Shown here piece by piece: positions 35,086 through 48,425 of a DNA stretch of 64,000 nucleotides; position 1 is the first letter of the stretch, and each line of letters starts with the position of its first letter. The stretch is from positions 19,656,001-19,720,000 of the forward strand of contig NC_058383.1 of assembly GCF_018350175.1 (NCBI RefSeq). Direction: 5' to 3'. Under the pieces are notes generated by a model that worked only from the letters and a program-made list of their open reading frames with translations, did not search any database and was not told the origin of the DNA. The stretch is from Felis catus (Eukaryota). The position numbers and the translations under genes are program-made.

Positions 35086-37719
35086 TAAAGGAAACAGGCT
35101 TCCCACGTATAGAAAGCGATTTGACCACAGGTCTTAGAAGACCCTCCCAGCAGACAGTGGGCTCCCCAAAGGGTGGGGTCCCAGCCTTACTCCTTGTTTC
35201 TAGTCCCTCGAGGTTGATCTGTAGCTCATAGCAATGACGACTGAAGAAATAGTGCTCAGTTCAGGCGTAACCAGACTGTGGTCGGGGATGAAACTGTGCA
35301 TACAGAGAGCATGGGGAGTACTGAGGAGGGGGGGGGGGCTCTGGAAGAGGTCCTAAGGACATCTCTGAAGAGGAGAGGCCTGCAGTTGGAAGCAGAGGAG
35401 CCTTCTGGCGGAGGCAGAAGGGAAGACGGGCATCTGAGGCACAAAAGGCAGCGTGGGGCGTTCAAGTCCACCCCGGGGAGTGCCGCGGTGGGGTGAGCCG
35501 TGCGGCTCAGGAGCTGTTACAAAAAGATCTTGAACACGAGGATTGGGTGACGTGGAGCCTCGAAGAATTCCAAACCAAGGCATGAGAGGCGCAGCCTTGG
35601 CTTTTAGAACAACCTCTGTCTGTGGCAGCTGTGTGGATGGAGACACAGCTGGGGACCAGCTGGGACAATAATCCAAATGAGAGCTGGGGCCCAGGGGAGG
35701 GGAGAGCAGGAGGCAGAGTCCTCCTATTTCCTTGTGCGTAAATTCTGATCCTTTCCAAGCGTGTAAAGGCAGATGTAAAATTTCCAGCCCCTAATAAGAG
35801 GTTAGTAATAGAACTTTCTTCCCGGTCGGCTCTGCACCGCGGTTTACGCAGTTCCTGGGCTAGCTGTGCGTTTCCTCCTTTCCTCAGGCTGGGAAAGCAT
35901 CCTCTTCCGTAAGGACCTGATGCCTCCTCGCTGGAGAATTCTTGAGCCCGAGACAGAGGCTCCCTCCTCAACAGGCTGAGGGCACGTTACAATTCGTTTG
36001 TTTTCTCTGTTAGACGGTGAGCATTTTGAGGCTATGACTTTTGTCTGGCCCATTAATTCCTGGAACCAGTATTGAATGGGCACCTGCTACGTGCCAGGCA
36101 CTGGGATACGGCTGTGAACACCTGTCTTGTATCCCGAGCACCCACAGAGGGCCCGGTGACCGAGTGAGTGAATGAGTGAGAATGAATGGAGAGTGGGGCA
36201 GGAGAGGAAGGCTGAGGCCTGGAGAGGTTCCGTGAGTTACCCGTGACTGTCTGGCAGGAAGTGGCCGAGGAGGAGCTGAAGCCCCAGACAATGAAAGAAC
36301 ATGGAAACCAGGGCTTGGCACACAGTGGGGCTCCATTCCGGGTGCTCTCCTGTGAGGTTTTCTGTTTTCCCAGAGCTGCCCCCACCTTCAGCAGGACCAG
36401 GCATGGCTTTGCCTCTTCAGCTGGTTGTTCAGAGACGTAGGAACTATGCGCATGTTTGTGGGGGATGTGAGTGGCTTGTCTCCCACACCCACTTGTCCCC
36501 ATGCTGCAAAGTAACGGCCTGCTTTCCCTCCGGGGATCTGCCCACCCTCAACTCTCCATGCACACGCATGCACGGGACTCGATGCCCAGCCTAGGATGGG
36601 AACGTGTGGTCCAGACCTCTGTCATTCAGTGGACCTGGTGCCACGGGCCTCAAGGCCACAGAGCTTGGTCAGGGGGCAAGCATGTGACCCGAGTGCCCAT
36701 TCCGCTCGTGTCCAATCGGGCTGAGCTCCAAGGCTATGGTGGGCCTCTGGGACAAGAGCACGTACACCCTTTGGCAACTGGACGCGAGTGCGGAAGGTGC
36801 GGATTTTAACTTCGTTGCCTTTGGGTGCCGTCAAATAACCACCAGGTGAGGTCCTTTCTATAAGTGGAAACCCACAGAAGGAAGTCAAGAGACGGAGAAA
36901 GAGAGAGTGAAATTACATCCCGATGTTCGGTGTTTCTGTCTGAGCTCCCGGATCCAGCCAGGTCGGAAGCCAGCAAGATCTCCCCCTGCCTACATTTTGG
37001 TTTTTTTCTCAAGCCAGTCTATTGGATTTACAGTCTTAACTCTTGTGGTGCTTTACTGGCTGCTCAGCCTGTAGCAGGGAAATCTTGGTGCTGGTTAGTC
37101 TCCGGTAGGAGGAAGTAGGAACGCAGCATGGAAAAGCTGTCGACAGGGTGACCTCCCCCCCTCCAACATTGTGGCTGTTTTGCAAGAGGAAGGCATCGGA
37201 ACACCAGACCCTTGCACAAGGGACAAGCCAATTGCATGTGCTGCGTTCCCAGAGTATATTTCCTAAACGGGGTGGCCTCCTGGTTCCAGACTTTCTTTTT
37301 GGGTCTTCTCGCAGACTCTGGCACAATGAGTGCTTCCTGTCCTTGGTGACGTCCTTCACTCCTCCTTGAGCGCTGTCCCTGTTGTCTCAGGACACTCAGA
37401 GATGCCTCTGGAAATGTCACTCCTCCAGACTGGACTCAGCCCCGTAGCTCTCATCTCTTGGAAACTCACCATGTGCCCAGTGCCGTGTAATCAACTGAGG
37501 CCCAGAGAGGTTGGGTAACTTGCCCCAGGTCTCACAGCTAGTGAGTGGGGAAAGCGAACTATACCCTGTACCTCCCCTACTCCACAGCCTGTGCCTTTAA
37601 CCGCTCTGGGAGTCTATCCAGAGGCTGTACCTATGGGCTTCCTTGTCTCGAGGGCAGGACCCAGACCAAAATGAACTCATGTCCTAACCTGAGACCTGTT
37701 TTTCCCACCATAGTAGATG

Positions 37720-38930
37720 CTGTCAATGCCCCGCCCCTAACCCCTAGCACTTACCAGTCCAGCTTCTGGATGCAAGCAGCAGTGACTCGACCCAAGGACA
37801 TTCTCTGGCCACAGGAGACAGCTTAGCCTGTGCAGAGGGCGAGGAGAAGTGTCAGAGACTTAGGGCCCACGGAGGCAAGTCGCAGCCAATGGTGATTGGA
37901 ATTGGCAGGTAAATCGCCCAGTTTCTTGCATCCCAGGTCATTTGTCAGGGACAACTTGAAGGCATGCTCTGTGGTGTCCCAGAGGCTCCAGAGAGACAGA
38001 GCTTGGTCCCCCAGCATTAACCTGCTCACTAACGCTCCTGCATGGGCTCCCTTCCCTCCCCCATCACTTCCCCACCCCCTCACAGTCTTTTCTGGGATCG
38101 CTTCACAGATACATTGTGTTCCAGTCCTTGTCTCAGAGACTTCTGGGGCTACCTAACCTAAGTCAGCCACCTTCTGTAGCATCCTTGATAGTCCTCCGGT
38201 GAGCCACCCTCCCTGAACCTCAGTCCATATAAATTAGGTAGGATTGACTCCACCCCAGCTCAAAAGTGGGCAGGTGACTCAGGAGGGGCCAATCAGAACT
38301 CTGTGGTCCCTTAGCCTTAGTGATTTGGTAAGAGGCTGGGCATGTGACTCATTGGAGCCAGAGAGACTCTGAGATTCTTCTGGAGCTGCCAAAGTAGAGA
38401 GTTCACCTGTCCTGTCCACAGGTGTCTCACCTGTGCCACCTGGAGGATGTGGGGCTGGAGCCCTGGCAGCCATCTTGCGTGAAACCAGCTTACTGCATCT
38501 GAATATACAAAGACAGAACATGTGTTGTAGGCAGTTGCAATGATGGTCTCTCTTAACCCTCCCTAGACACCCTCCCTGACCTGTAACTCACCGGTGCCTC
38601 TGACTTGGACTCCAAGCTCCACCATGTGACTCGTTCTGGCCAATAGGATGTTAGCAGATGTGATGGGGAGGTGGGGTGCGGAAGCGTGGTTTGCTTCCAA
38701 GATTGGATTTATTTGCATTTCTGCCCTTGCCACGAGGATGCCTCAAGGCTGGGCCCGCGCACAGGATAAGAGATAATGTGGAGTAGAGTTGCTTCATCTG
38801 TCAAGCCATGACCAGTCTAGATCAGCCAACAGCCAGCCATGCCCAGACATGAAAGAGCCCAGCCAAGGCCAGCAGAGTCACCTGGCCAACCGTTGTCCCG
38901 TGGGCAGCATTCCTATAGCAGTATGTAATT
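37720..38930. mobile_element. ERVL/MaLR LTR relics (LTR16-like and MLT1-like)
   Basis: GGCCAATCAGAACT, GGCAGCCATCTTG, CCATGTGACTCGTTCTGGCCAATAGGATGTTAGCAGATGTGA. Confidence 0.55.
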
Positions 38931-39405
38931 GATGCAATTCTCAGTTAAATTAGCAAGTTGAAGCCATACAGAATAGCTTAAAAAACTGAGTGAAAATCAC
39001 CTCAAATCTCAGAGGTGGCCCCTGGTGACATTTTGGTGACCATCTCTCCGGTGCACGTGACACGCACCATGCACACCTCCATGCACAACCACGGCCACAG
39101 AATTAATATAACTTTGGCAAGACGGGGGAGGGTCCTGGGGCAAAAGGCCGCAAAGAGAAGGCTATGACGTCATGTTCTAATGAAGGTTGTTGCCTCAGGA
39201 CATCTGGGAGGCAATAATGATGATGAAAGGATTAGCATTGGGCACGCAGAGAGGAAAATTGAAAGGCTGAGGTCTCAGGGCGATTGAAGGAGGTTTTAAA
39301 AACATGATGGTTAAGAAATCAGAGATACACAGGGGAAAAAAAAGCAGTAATGGGAAGTTTGTTGGGAAAGAATCAGGCTGGTTTATTTAAAACTCTGTTG
39401 CCCCA

Positions 39406-39622
39406 GGGGCGCCTGGGCAGCTCAGTCAGTTAAGCATCCAACTTTGGCTCAAGTCATGATCTCATGGTTCATGGGTTCGAGCCCTGCATACGGCTCTGTG
39501 CTGACAGCTCAGAGCCTGGAGCCTGCTTCAGATTCTGTGTCTCCCTCTCTCTCTGCCCCTCCCCTGCTTGTGCTCTGTCTCTCTGTCTCTCAAAAATAAA
39601 TAAATGTTTTTCAAAAACCCCA
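39406..39622 (+). mobile_element. Carnivore SINE
   Basis: TSD CTCTGTTGCCCCA. Confidence 0.93.
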
Positions 39623-40150
39623 AAAACCTCTGTTGCCCCAAACTCTGTGGTTTATTCATTCATTAATTCAATGAACATTTATTGATGCCTATTATGTGTC
39701 ATCACATCCTAGTTGCTAAGGATTGCAAAGGTGAATGAGCCATGCCCCCAGTCCCCAGGGAGCTTGTGGTCAGCTGAAAGAAAGAGTGACCTGATAATTA
39801 GGGTTCAGCATGATGCCAGTTCTGAGAGGGGAAAGCATGCAAATGGAGAAAATTTTCTAGAGAAGGGCCAACCAAGCTGGCATCTGATGGATGAATGGGA
39901 GTTCTCCAGTTTGAGGATGAGTGGGACGAGATGGGGAGAGTGACCCAAGGGGAACAAAATTTGTAGAAGTTTGAAAGTGAGACCAGTCACTGGGGTAATT
40001 GATATGAGATCCGGGAAGCAAGGGGGTATGGAGAGTGACAAGAGAGGGAGAAAAGAAACAGTTCTAATCCAGGAGAACAGTAGCTTTTAAATCTTTTTTG
40101 ATTGCCCCATGGTAAGATATGCATATTCTGTTTTGGCCCTGCATAATCAT

Positions 40151-40152
40151 GC

Positions 40153-40183
<31 letters not shown>

Positions 40184-40192
40184 CGTGTGTGT
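40151..40192. repeat. (GT)n(GC)n alternating purine-pyrimidine microsatellite
   Basis: Direct inspection. Confidence 0.9.
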
Positions 40193-40294
40193 ATCTGAAG
40201 CAAAGGTCAGAAAAGCAATATTCCACCCTGCAGCATGCTATTCATTCTGATATTTTCTATTTTGTTCGATTTCGTTTTAAAATGTTGGCCAGGG

Positions 40295-43200
40295 GTGAAA
40301 TAAGCTGACCACAAAATAACCCACATCGTATGATTTCATTCCCATAAAATTCTGTTAACAGGCAAAACTAATCTACAGTGGTATAAATGAGATCAGGGGT
40401 TGTGTGGGGGTGCGGTCTGGGGGGGAGCAAGATTAACTGCAAAGAAGTGAAAGAGAACTTTCTCAAGAGGTGGAAAATTTCTATATCTCGACTGGGGTGG
40501 TGGTTACATGGGCACATGCATTTGTCAAAAACAAATACATAAAAATAAACGCATGCGAGAGAACTTTCTTGGGTGGTGTTGCTGTGCTATATCTTGATAA
40601 AGGATTTGCATTGCACAGGTGAACGCATTTGTCAAAACTCACCAAACAGCACACTTAAGATCTGTGCCCTTCATTGTATGTAAATTTTACATCAAAAAAG
40701 AAGACAAACTGTGGACACTGACCTGTAGTTGGTGAGGTAGGTGCACGCTGAAGGATTAGGAGGCAGTATTGTGGTGTCGGCAGCAAACCATTTTGAAATG
40801 GGGAGAGCCGTGTGCAGATGGACAGATAGGTGATGAACATACAGTAAAATGCTAATGCATGTCACTCAGTGAAAAAAGACTAGCCTTTTTCGTTCCTGAT
40901 GCTGGAATAACTGGACATCCACCTGCAAAAGGATGAAGCTGGATCCCTACCTCACATCATATCCAAACATTAATTCAAAATGGATCAAGGACCTAAACAC
41001 AAGAGATAAACTATAAAACTCTTAAGCGAAGACATAGGGTGTGCATCTTCCAGACCTTGGGTTAGGCAACGGTTTCTTAGCTATGACAAAAAAAAGTACA
41101 ATCAACAAGAGAACAAAAAAAAAAAAAAAAAAAACAAGGAAACTTGATATCGTCAAATTGCAAAGCTTCTGTGGTTTGGAGGATGCCACCAAGAAAGTGG
41201 AAAGACAATCCACAGAATCAAAGAACACTTTTGCCAACCCTGTATCTGATAAAAGGCTTGTCTCTAGAATGTGTCAGCAACAATTGCACCTCAGTAATAA
41301 CAATACGGATGACTCAATTTTAAAATGGTAAAAGATCTGAACAGACAGTTGTCCAAAAAAGATACACAAGTGGCCAACACGCACAGGAAAAAAAAATACT
41401 CAACTTCATCAGGGAGATGCAAATCAAAACCACCATGAGGTACCGCTTGGAACCCACCAGGAGGACTATTATCAAAAAGACAGACAAGAGTGAGCATTGG
41501 TGAGGACACAGAGAAATTGCAGTTCCGTATGCAGCTGGTAGAGACGTCAGAGAGTACAGCTACTTTGGAAAACAGGCTGGCAGTTTATGACCCAGAAATT
41601 CCACTCCTAGGCATATAAGCAAGAGGAGTTAAAACTTGGGTCCGTATGAAAACTTGTACGCAAATGTTCATAGCAGCTTTACGTGTAATAGCCAAAGGGG
41701 CAGAAACGATCCAGATGTTCATCAACTGACGGCGGATAAATAAAACGTGGCATGGATGAACCTTAAAAACATGATGCTAAGTGAAAGAAGTCAGTTGCAA
41801 AGGATCCCGTGTTGTGTGTTCTATGAGTAGGAAATGCCCACAGTAAGCAAATTCAGAGTGATAGAAAGCAGATTAGCGTTGCCAGGGCTGGAGGTGGGAA
41901 GGGTGGAGTAGGAGGCTGAGGGTTGAGGGGTGCAGGATTTCTCTGGGAAGATGAAGGTGTTCTAAAATTGATTGTGGTGAAGGTTGCGCAAGTCTGTGAG
42001 CATACCAAAGCAATCGAGTTGCACACCTTTAATGAACGAATTGTAGGATTTGCGTACTGCATCTCAATGAAGCTGTTCAAAAATGTCAACATAGGGCCCC
42101 CTGGGTGGCTCAGTCAGTTAAGCATCTGACTCTTGATTTCAGCTCAGGCCGTGATCTCACGGTTTGTGAGTTAGAGCCTCACATCAGGCTCTGGGCTGAC
42201 ATCATGGAGCCTGCTTGGGATTCTGTCTCCCTCTCTCTCTCTGCCCCTTCCCTGCTCTCTCTCTCTATCTTTCTCAAAATAAATAAAAATAAACTTACAG
42301 GCTCCTGGGTGGCTCGGTCGGTTAAGCGTCCGACTTCAGCTCAGGTCATGAGCTCACGGTTCGTGAGTTTGAGCCCCGCATCGGGCTCTGTGTTGACAGC
42401 TTAGAGCCTGGAGCCTGCTTCAAATTCTGTGTCTCCCTCTCTCTCTGCTCCTCCCCGCTCATGCTCTCTCTCTCAAAAATAAATAAAAACATTAAAAAAA
42501 AATAAACTTAAAAAATGTGAACATAGATATAAAGGAAACATTTGATAAGTTGCCCTTAACCCAAATGAAACACTTTTGCTCTTCAAAAGACACTACCAAA
42601 AAAATAAAAAGATCTGCCACAGAATGGTAGAAAAATATGTGCAAATTATATACCTAAGAAAGGACTCGCATCCATAGTATATAAAGAACTCTCCAAACTC
42701 GATAAGAAAACAACTAAACATTTTTAAATGGGCAAAAGGCTTGAACAGGCATTTCACCAATAAATATAAACATATGGCAAATAAGCACATGAAAGGACGT
42801 TCAATGTCAGCAGTCATTTGGGAATTAGAAATTAAAACCACAATGAGACAGCACAATACACATTAGAATGGCTCACATTTTTGCAGTGTACTGACACTAC
42901 CGAGTGATTGCGAGAGCGGAAACAACTGGAATTCTCATACATTGCTGTGGGGAGGCAAAATGACAGTCATTTAGAAAATAGTTCGGCAGTTTCTTATAAG
43001 GTAAAACATGTTTTACCATATGACCTACTGTCCTACTCCTAGGTATTTACTCTAGAGAAACGAAATGTCTTCATTTCTGTCTGCAGGGGTGCCTGGGTGG
43101 CTCAGGTGGTTAAGCGTCTGACTCTTGACTTCGGCTCAGGTCACGATCTCGTGGTTCACGGGTTCGAGCCCCGTGTTGGGCTCTGCATTGACAGAGCAGA

Positions 43201-43653
43201 GCCTGCTTGGGATTCTCTCTCCCTCTCTCCCTGCCCCTCCGCTGTTTGCTTGCTTATTCTCTAAATACATACATACATACATACATACATAGAAAAATCT
43301 GTCTGCAGTTGTTTTCAGTGACCTGATTTGTAATCACCAAAAAATAGAAACAACCCAAATGTGCCTCAGCTGGTGGTGAATGGATACATACACGTGGGTA
43401 CATCCATACGATGGAACACTGCTGAGCAGCCAAAAGGAACAATCCTCTGATGCACACAACACTACGGAAAAATCTCCAATGGGTTGTGTGTTATGAAAGA
43501 AGCCATACTCAAAATGCCGCATACTGTATGACTCTCTTTCCATGACAAGCTATAGGGAGAGAATAGATCAGGGGTTGCCAGGAGCTGGGGGTGGAAAGAA
43601 GGGTCACTGCCAAGGGGCAGGTGAGAACTTTGTGGATTAAAGGAACAATTCTG
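40295..43653 (+). mobile_element. Nest of old sense-strand L1 (L1M) ORF2/3' UTR fragments with SINEs at 42093-42510 (two) and 43085-43290
   Basis: ORF2-like AAATGGATCAAGGACCTAAA, GGGAGATGCAAATCAAAACCAC, GACCCAGAAATTCCACTCCTAGG. Confidence 0.8.
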
Positions 43654-45659
43654 GAAAAAATAGTTTCAAACAGAGAGGGAGGGAACCTATAAGAGACTCT
43701 TAAATACAGAGAACAAACTGAGTGTTGGTGGGGGGCAGGGGAGAAGGGAAAGTAGGTGATGGGCACTGAAGAGGGCGCTTGTTGGGATGAGCACTGGGTG
43801 TTGTATGTAAGCGATGAGTCATGGGAATCTACCCCCGAAGCCAGGAGCACACTGTATACACTGCATGTTAGCTAACTTGACAATAAATTATATTTAAAAA
43901 AAATAAACAGGCACAAAAACAGACACTCCGATCAATGGAACAGAATAGAGAACCCAGAAATGGACCCACAAATGTATGGCCAATTAATCTTTGACAAAGC
44001 AGGAAAGAACCCAGAAATGGACCCACAAACAATCCTAAAATTTGTATGGAACCATAAAGGACCCCGAATACCCAAAGCAATCTTGAAAAAGAAAACCAAA
44101 GCAGGAGGCATCGCAATCCCAGACTTCAAGCTATATTACAAAGCTGTAATCATCAAGACAGTATGGTACTGGCACAAGAACAGACACTCGGTTCAATGGA
44201 ACAGAATAGGGAACCCAGAAATGGACCCACAAACCTATGGCCAACTAATCTTTGACCAAGCAGGAAAGAATACCCAATAGAATAAAAACAGTTTCTTCAG
44301 CAAACAGTGCTGGGAAAACTGGACGGCGACATGCGGAAGAATGAACCTGGACCACTTTCTTACACCAGACACAAAAGTAAACTCAACATGGATGAAAGAC
44401 CTCAATGTATGACAGGACGCCATCGAACTCCTCGAGGAGAAAGCAGGCAAAAACCTCTTTGACCTCAGATGCAGCAACTTCTTACTCAATATGTCTCCGG
44501 AGGCAAGGGAAACAAAAGCAAAAATGAACTATTGGGACCTCATCAAGGTAAAAATCTTCTGCACAGCCAAGGAAACAATCAGCAAAAATAAAAGGCAACC
44601 GACAGAATGGGAGAAGATGTTTGCAAACGACATATCAGATAAAGGATTAGTATCCAACACCTATAAAGAACTTATCAAACTCTTATCAAACCAAAAGACA
44701 AATAATCCGGTGAAGAAATGGGCAAAAGACATGACTAGACACTTCTCCAAAGAAGACATCCGGATGGTCAACCGACACATGAAAAAATGCTCAACGTCAC
44801 TCGTCATCAGGGAAATACAAATCAAAACCACAATGAGATACCACCTCACATCTGTCAGAATGGCTCACATGAACAACTCAGGCAACAAGGGATGTTGGCG
44901 AGGATGCGGAGAAAGAGGAACTCTTTTGCATTGCTGGTGGGAATGCAAGCTGGTGCAGCCACTCTGGAAAACAGTATGGAGGTTCCTCAAAAAACTAAAA
45001 ATAGAACTACCCTACCACCCAGCAACGGCGCTACGAGGCATTTATCCGCGGGATACAGGTGTGCTGTTTCGAAGGGACACATGCACCCCCATGTTTATAG
45101 CAGCACTATCAACAATAGCCAAAGTATGGAAAGAGCCCAAATGTCCATCGGTGGATGAATGGATAAAGAAGATGTGATACAATGATCTACACAATGGAGT
45201 ATTACTCAGCAATCAAAAAGAATGAAATCTTGCCATTTGCAACTACATGGATGGAACTGGAGGGTGTTATGCTAAGTGAAATTATTCAGTCAGAGAAATA
45301 TAAATATCATATGGTTTCACTCATATGAGGAATTTTAGATACAAAGCAGATGAACATAAGGGAAGGGAAGCCAAAGTAATATAAAAATAAGGAGAGGACA
45401 AAACATAAGAGACTTTTAAATACAGAAAACAAACTGAGGGTTGCTGGAGGGGTTGTGGGAGGGGGATGGGCTAAATGGGGACAGGGCATTAAGGAAAACA
45501 CTTGTTGGGATGAGCACTAGTGTTATACTTTGGGGATGAATCTCTGGAATCTACTCCTGAAGTCATTATTGCACTACATGCTAACTCACTTGGATGCAAA
45601 TTAAAAAATAAAGAAAAAAAAGAATAAATACATAAATACATAAATAAATAAATTTAAAA
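43654..45659 (+). mobile_element. 5'-truncated, rearranged carnivore L1 with 15-bp TSD
   Basis: ORF2 C-terminal peptides ([32 protein letters not shown]), 3' UTR, A-rich tail; TSD AAAGGAACAATTCTG at 43639-43653 and 45660-45674. Confidence 0.95.
44031..45330 (+). pseudogene. Disrupted L1 ORF2 C-terminal fragment
   Basis: ORF-track peptides 43960-44280 and 44491-45177 are L1 ORF2 with premature stops (TAG 44278, TGA 45175). Confidence 0.9.
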
Positions 45660-48029
45660 AAAGGAACAATTCTGTATCATGCCTGGGGGGTGGCTGTTCC
45701 ACTATATTTGCCAAAACTCATAGAACTGTACTCTAAAATAGGTGAATCTCGCTGCATGTAAATTATACCTTCATCTCAAGAAAAAACCTAAAAATACGGA
45801 TTAATGGTAGACTCTGGATGATGGGAATGCGGGTGTGTACTGTACAATTCTTACAACTCTTTGGCACGTTTGACCATGCTCCTAACCAGCTATTTGGCAA
45901 AAAACATCAAAAAGATGTTAGGCGGTTGATGAAAATAAAGAAATGTACGCATGACCAAAACAACCTAACAAGCGATTAGTTAAATAAATAAAATCAGTCA
46001 GTCATTTCACCCTTCAAATCTTAAATAATAATAAATAATAAATACAATCATTAAAGCATTATGGGTCACGGCCCACTACATTGATTTTGTAAGCCATTGA
46101 TGGGCCATGACCTTCAGTTTGGAAGACACTGCTTTAGACCTGGTTAAGGTGCTTGAACTTGAACCTGAGAGAGGCTGGGGAGATTGAGGTCCCCAGACGT
46201 GGGTTGAGCTGGGCAGACTCCCCACTCTTGGACCAGGAGTAGTTGGGGGTCCTGAGGAATAGCTGGGGAACGTGTCCAGCTCAGAGAGAAATCACTGCCT
46301 GGTGTCCCCGGGGAAGCTAGACCAGGAAAAGGATTCCGTGTCTTGCATCACGGGGTCAGCTCGGGGTGACCGCCGAGGGCAGTCAGCATTCCAAAAGTGG
46401 TCACCTGTGTGGGTAAAAACGGAAGCTCTCCTCAACCATCTGGACTGGATCCAAATTGGATTTTCTCACGACTGTGGACAGAAGAGGGCTCTCCCCTTAT
46501 GACCAAGAGAATAGCTTTCTCACCAGCCTCGTCACCGGGCACACAGGGGCAGGCTTAGTTTAATTTATTAGTAAAACCCCATTTCCTGCATTCAAGACCA
46601 TTGCAGTCAGGGAAAAAAATTTATCCCTTTTGTATTTGATATATATATTGGAGTTACATTCAATTTCAACTTTCGTAAAGGGGTTCATGAATATGAAAAT
46701 AGTCTTGCTACTTGAACGCGCAAGTTTGGAAACCTCTTAATCAGACTCATTTGAAGAGCTTTATCTACCGATGGTCTTGAAGCTTAAGATAATTCCCTGA
46801 GGTCTTTACCGAGCCCCATCTCCTGACCTCTGTGCCATTTGCCCCAAATGCTCAGTTCTGAGGGAGAACAAGGTCTTTATATTTCTTTGCCTTTGCGTAG
46901 AGCCTGTCTCTCTCTTGTCCCCCTGGTGAACTCCTATCCATCCTTCAGGACCCTGCTTAAGCCGCACCTCGTCGGTGGAGACTTACCTGGATTCTTTCTC
47001 CTTAGGACAGCAGCCGTGATTCCTTTTTCTGCATTTCCACCTGTCTGCATGCAGCTGTAAAGTCAGACTGGCTTTCTCTCTGGATGCAGGAAACGCCATG
47101 GGAATTTGTTGTTCCGGATAAAAGTAAGCCTGATGCCAAGCCCTCATGCTCCAGAGTATAATGAATGATTCTCAGTAGCTGCTGGAGCCTCTCCCCGCTT
47201 CCAGGGTGACACAAAGGGTGGAGGTGTCATATGTAGTGCAAATGATTACGGAGAGTCCTCGGGGCTGTAATCTGCAAGAGGCACCACGGAGGGGCCATTG
47301 TCCGATTCTGCCTGCCCCTGGGTGTCCTCACTGCTCCTTCCCAGCTTGGGCCCCCCCTCCTCACCTCACGCAGTCCCAATGGGGTCCTGTCACCTCTCTG
47401 TGAGCCGCAAGGCAGCACGGCGTTGTCACGCAACCCCAAAACGCTCCCACCCACTCCCCACCCCGAGTTTGGGGAACTCTCCCCCTCCCGAGGCACCCTG
47501 CTTCTGCTCGTCTCCCCACCACACCCTTCCAAAATTTCTGTTCCATTCCTCCCTGGGAGGTTTCATTGGCAACACAGCGTGGCCTGGCTTGCCCGAGGAA
47601 GGGGGGAAAGGAACACTGATGCCAGACAATTTCTTACTAACTCACACCCTGTTGTACATGAATTAACACTGACCTCACCACATTACAGTGATACATTTCC
47701 CAGCCTGGACCTTCCCCTGAACTGTGAGTCTTTGGAAGTCAAGTACTATCTCATTGACTTTGGCCTCTAAAAGGCCAACGGTGGGCTTTCTAATTGTGAT
47801 GATGGCAAGCTTTGCAAACGTCTCTGAGGCTTAATGTCCTTGCCTATATAATAGGGGCAACAATAATATCAATCTCATACTAGTGTGGTTGGCATGAACC
47901 AAAGTAATGCGTGTTGGTCCCTTACGACAGTGCCTGACACGTAGCTGTTGCTCAGTTAAAATTAGCTGCCATGATTACTTTTCATTCTCATTCTTGTTAC
48001 TTGCAGTGGCTGTGTGGTTGCCTACCCAA

Positions 48030-48425
48030 CAGTCATCCCCAGCTCCTTTCTGCCACTACAGAGAGTAAAAACTTGCCAGCTGGGCGGGGGCATGTGACCC
48101 AATCTTGGGCAACAGGACTGGAATGGAAGTGTGCAAGAGGCTTCTGGGAAAGAGTTTCCTCTCTCATAAAGACAGGGAAACACGGACAGAGGTGATGTTT
48201 GGAGCTGTGGCAGCCATCTTGTGACCACGAGGGCAGAGCTAAACAGAAAAGTCGACATGTTGAAGATGTCAGAGCAGAAAAATAGAAGAGTTAGGGGTCT
48301 TTAGCACATTATTGCTGCCCCAGCCCTGGAACCTCCTACCTTAGAACACTCTGGCAAGGTAGATCTGAAAGGTCCTCATTATAAAGGCCACTTTTAGACG
48401 GGTATTCCGGTGTGAGCAGCTGAAG
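48030..48425. mobile_element. MLT1-type LTR relic
   Basis: GGGGCATGTGACCCAATCTTGGGCAA, GGAGCTGTGGCAGCCATCTTGTGACCA. Confidence 0.7.

Noticed and set aside
44491..45177. 228-aa ORF as a host gene or active retrotransposon
   Set aside because: L1 ORF2 C-terminus with flanking premature stops; element is 5'-truncated
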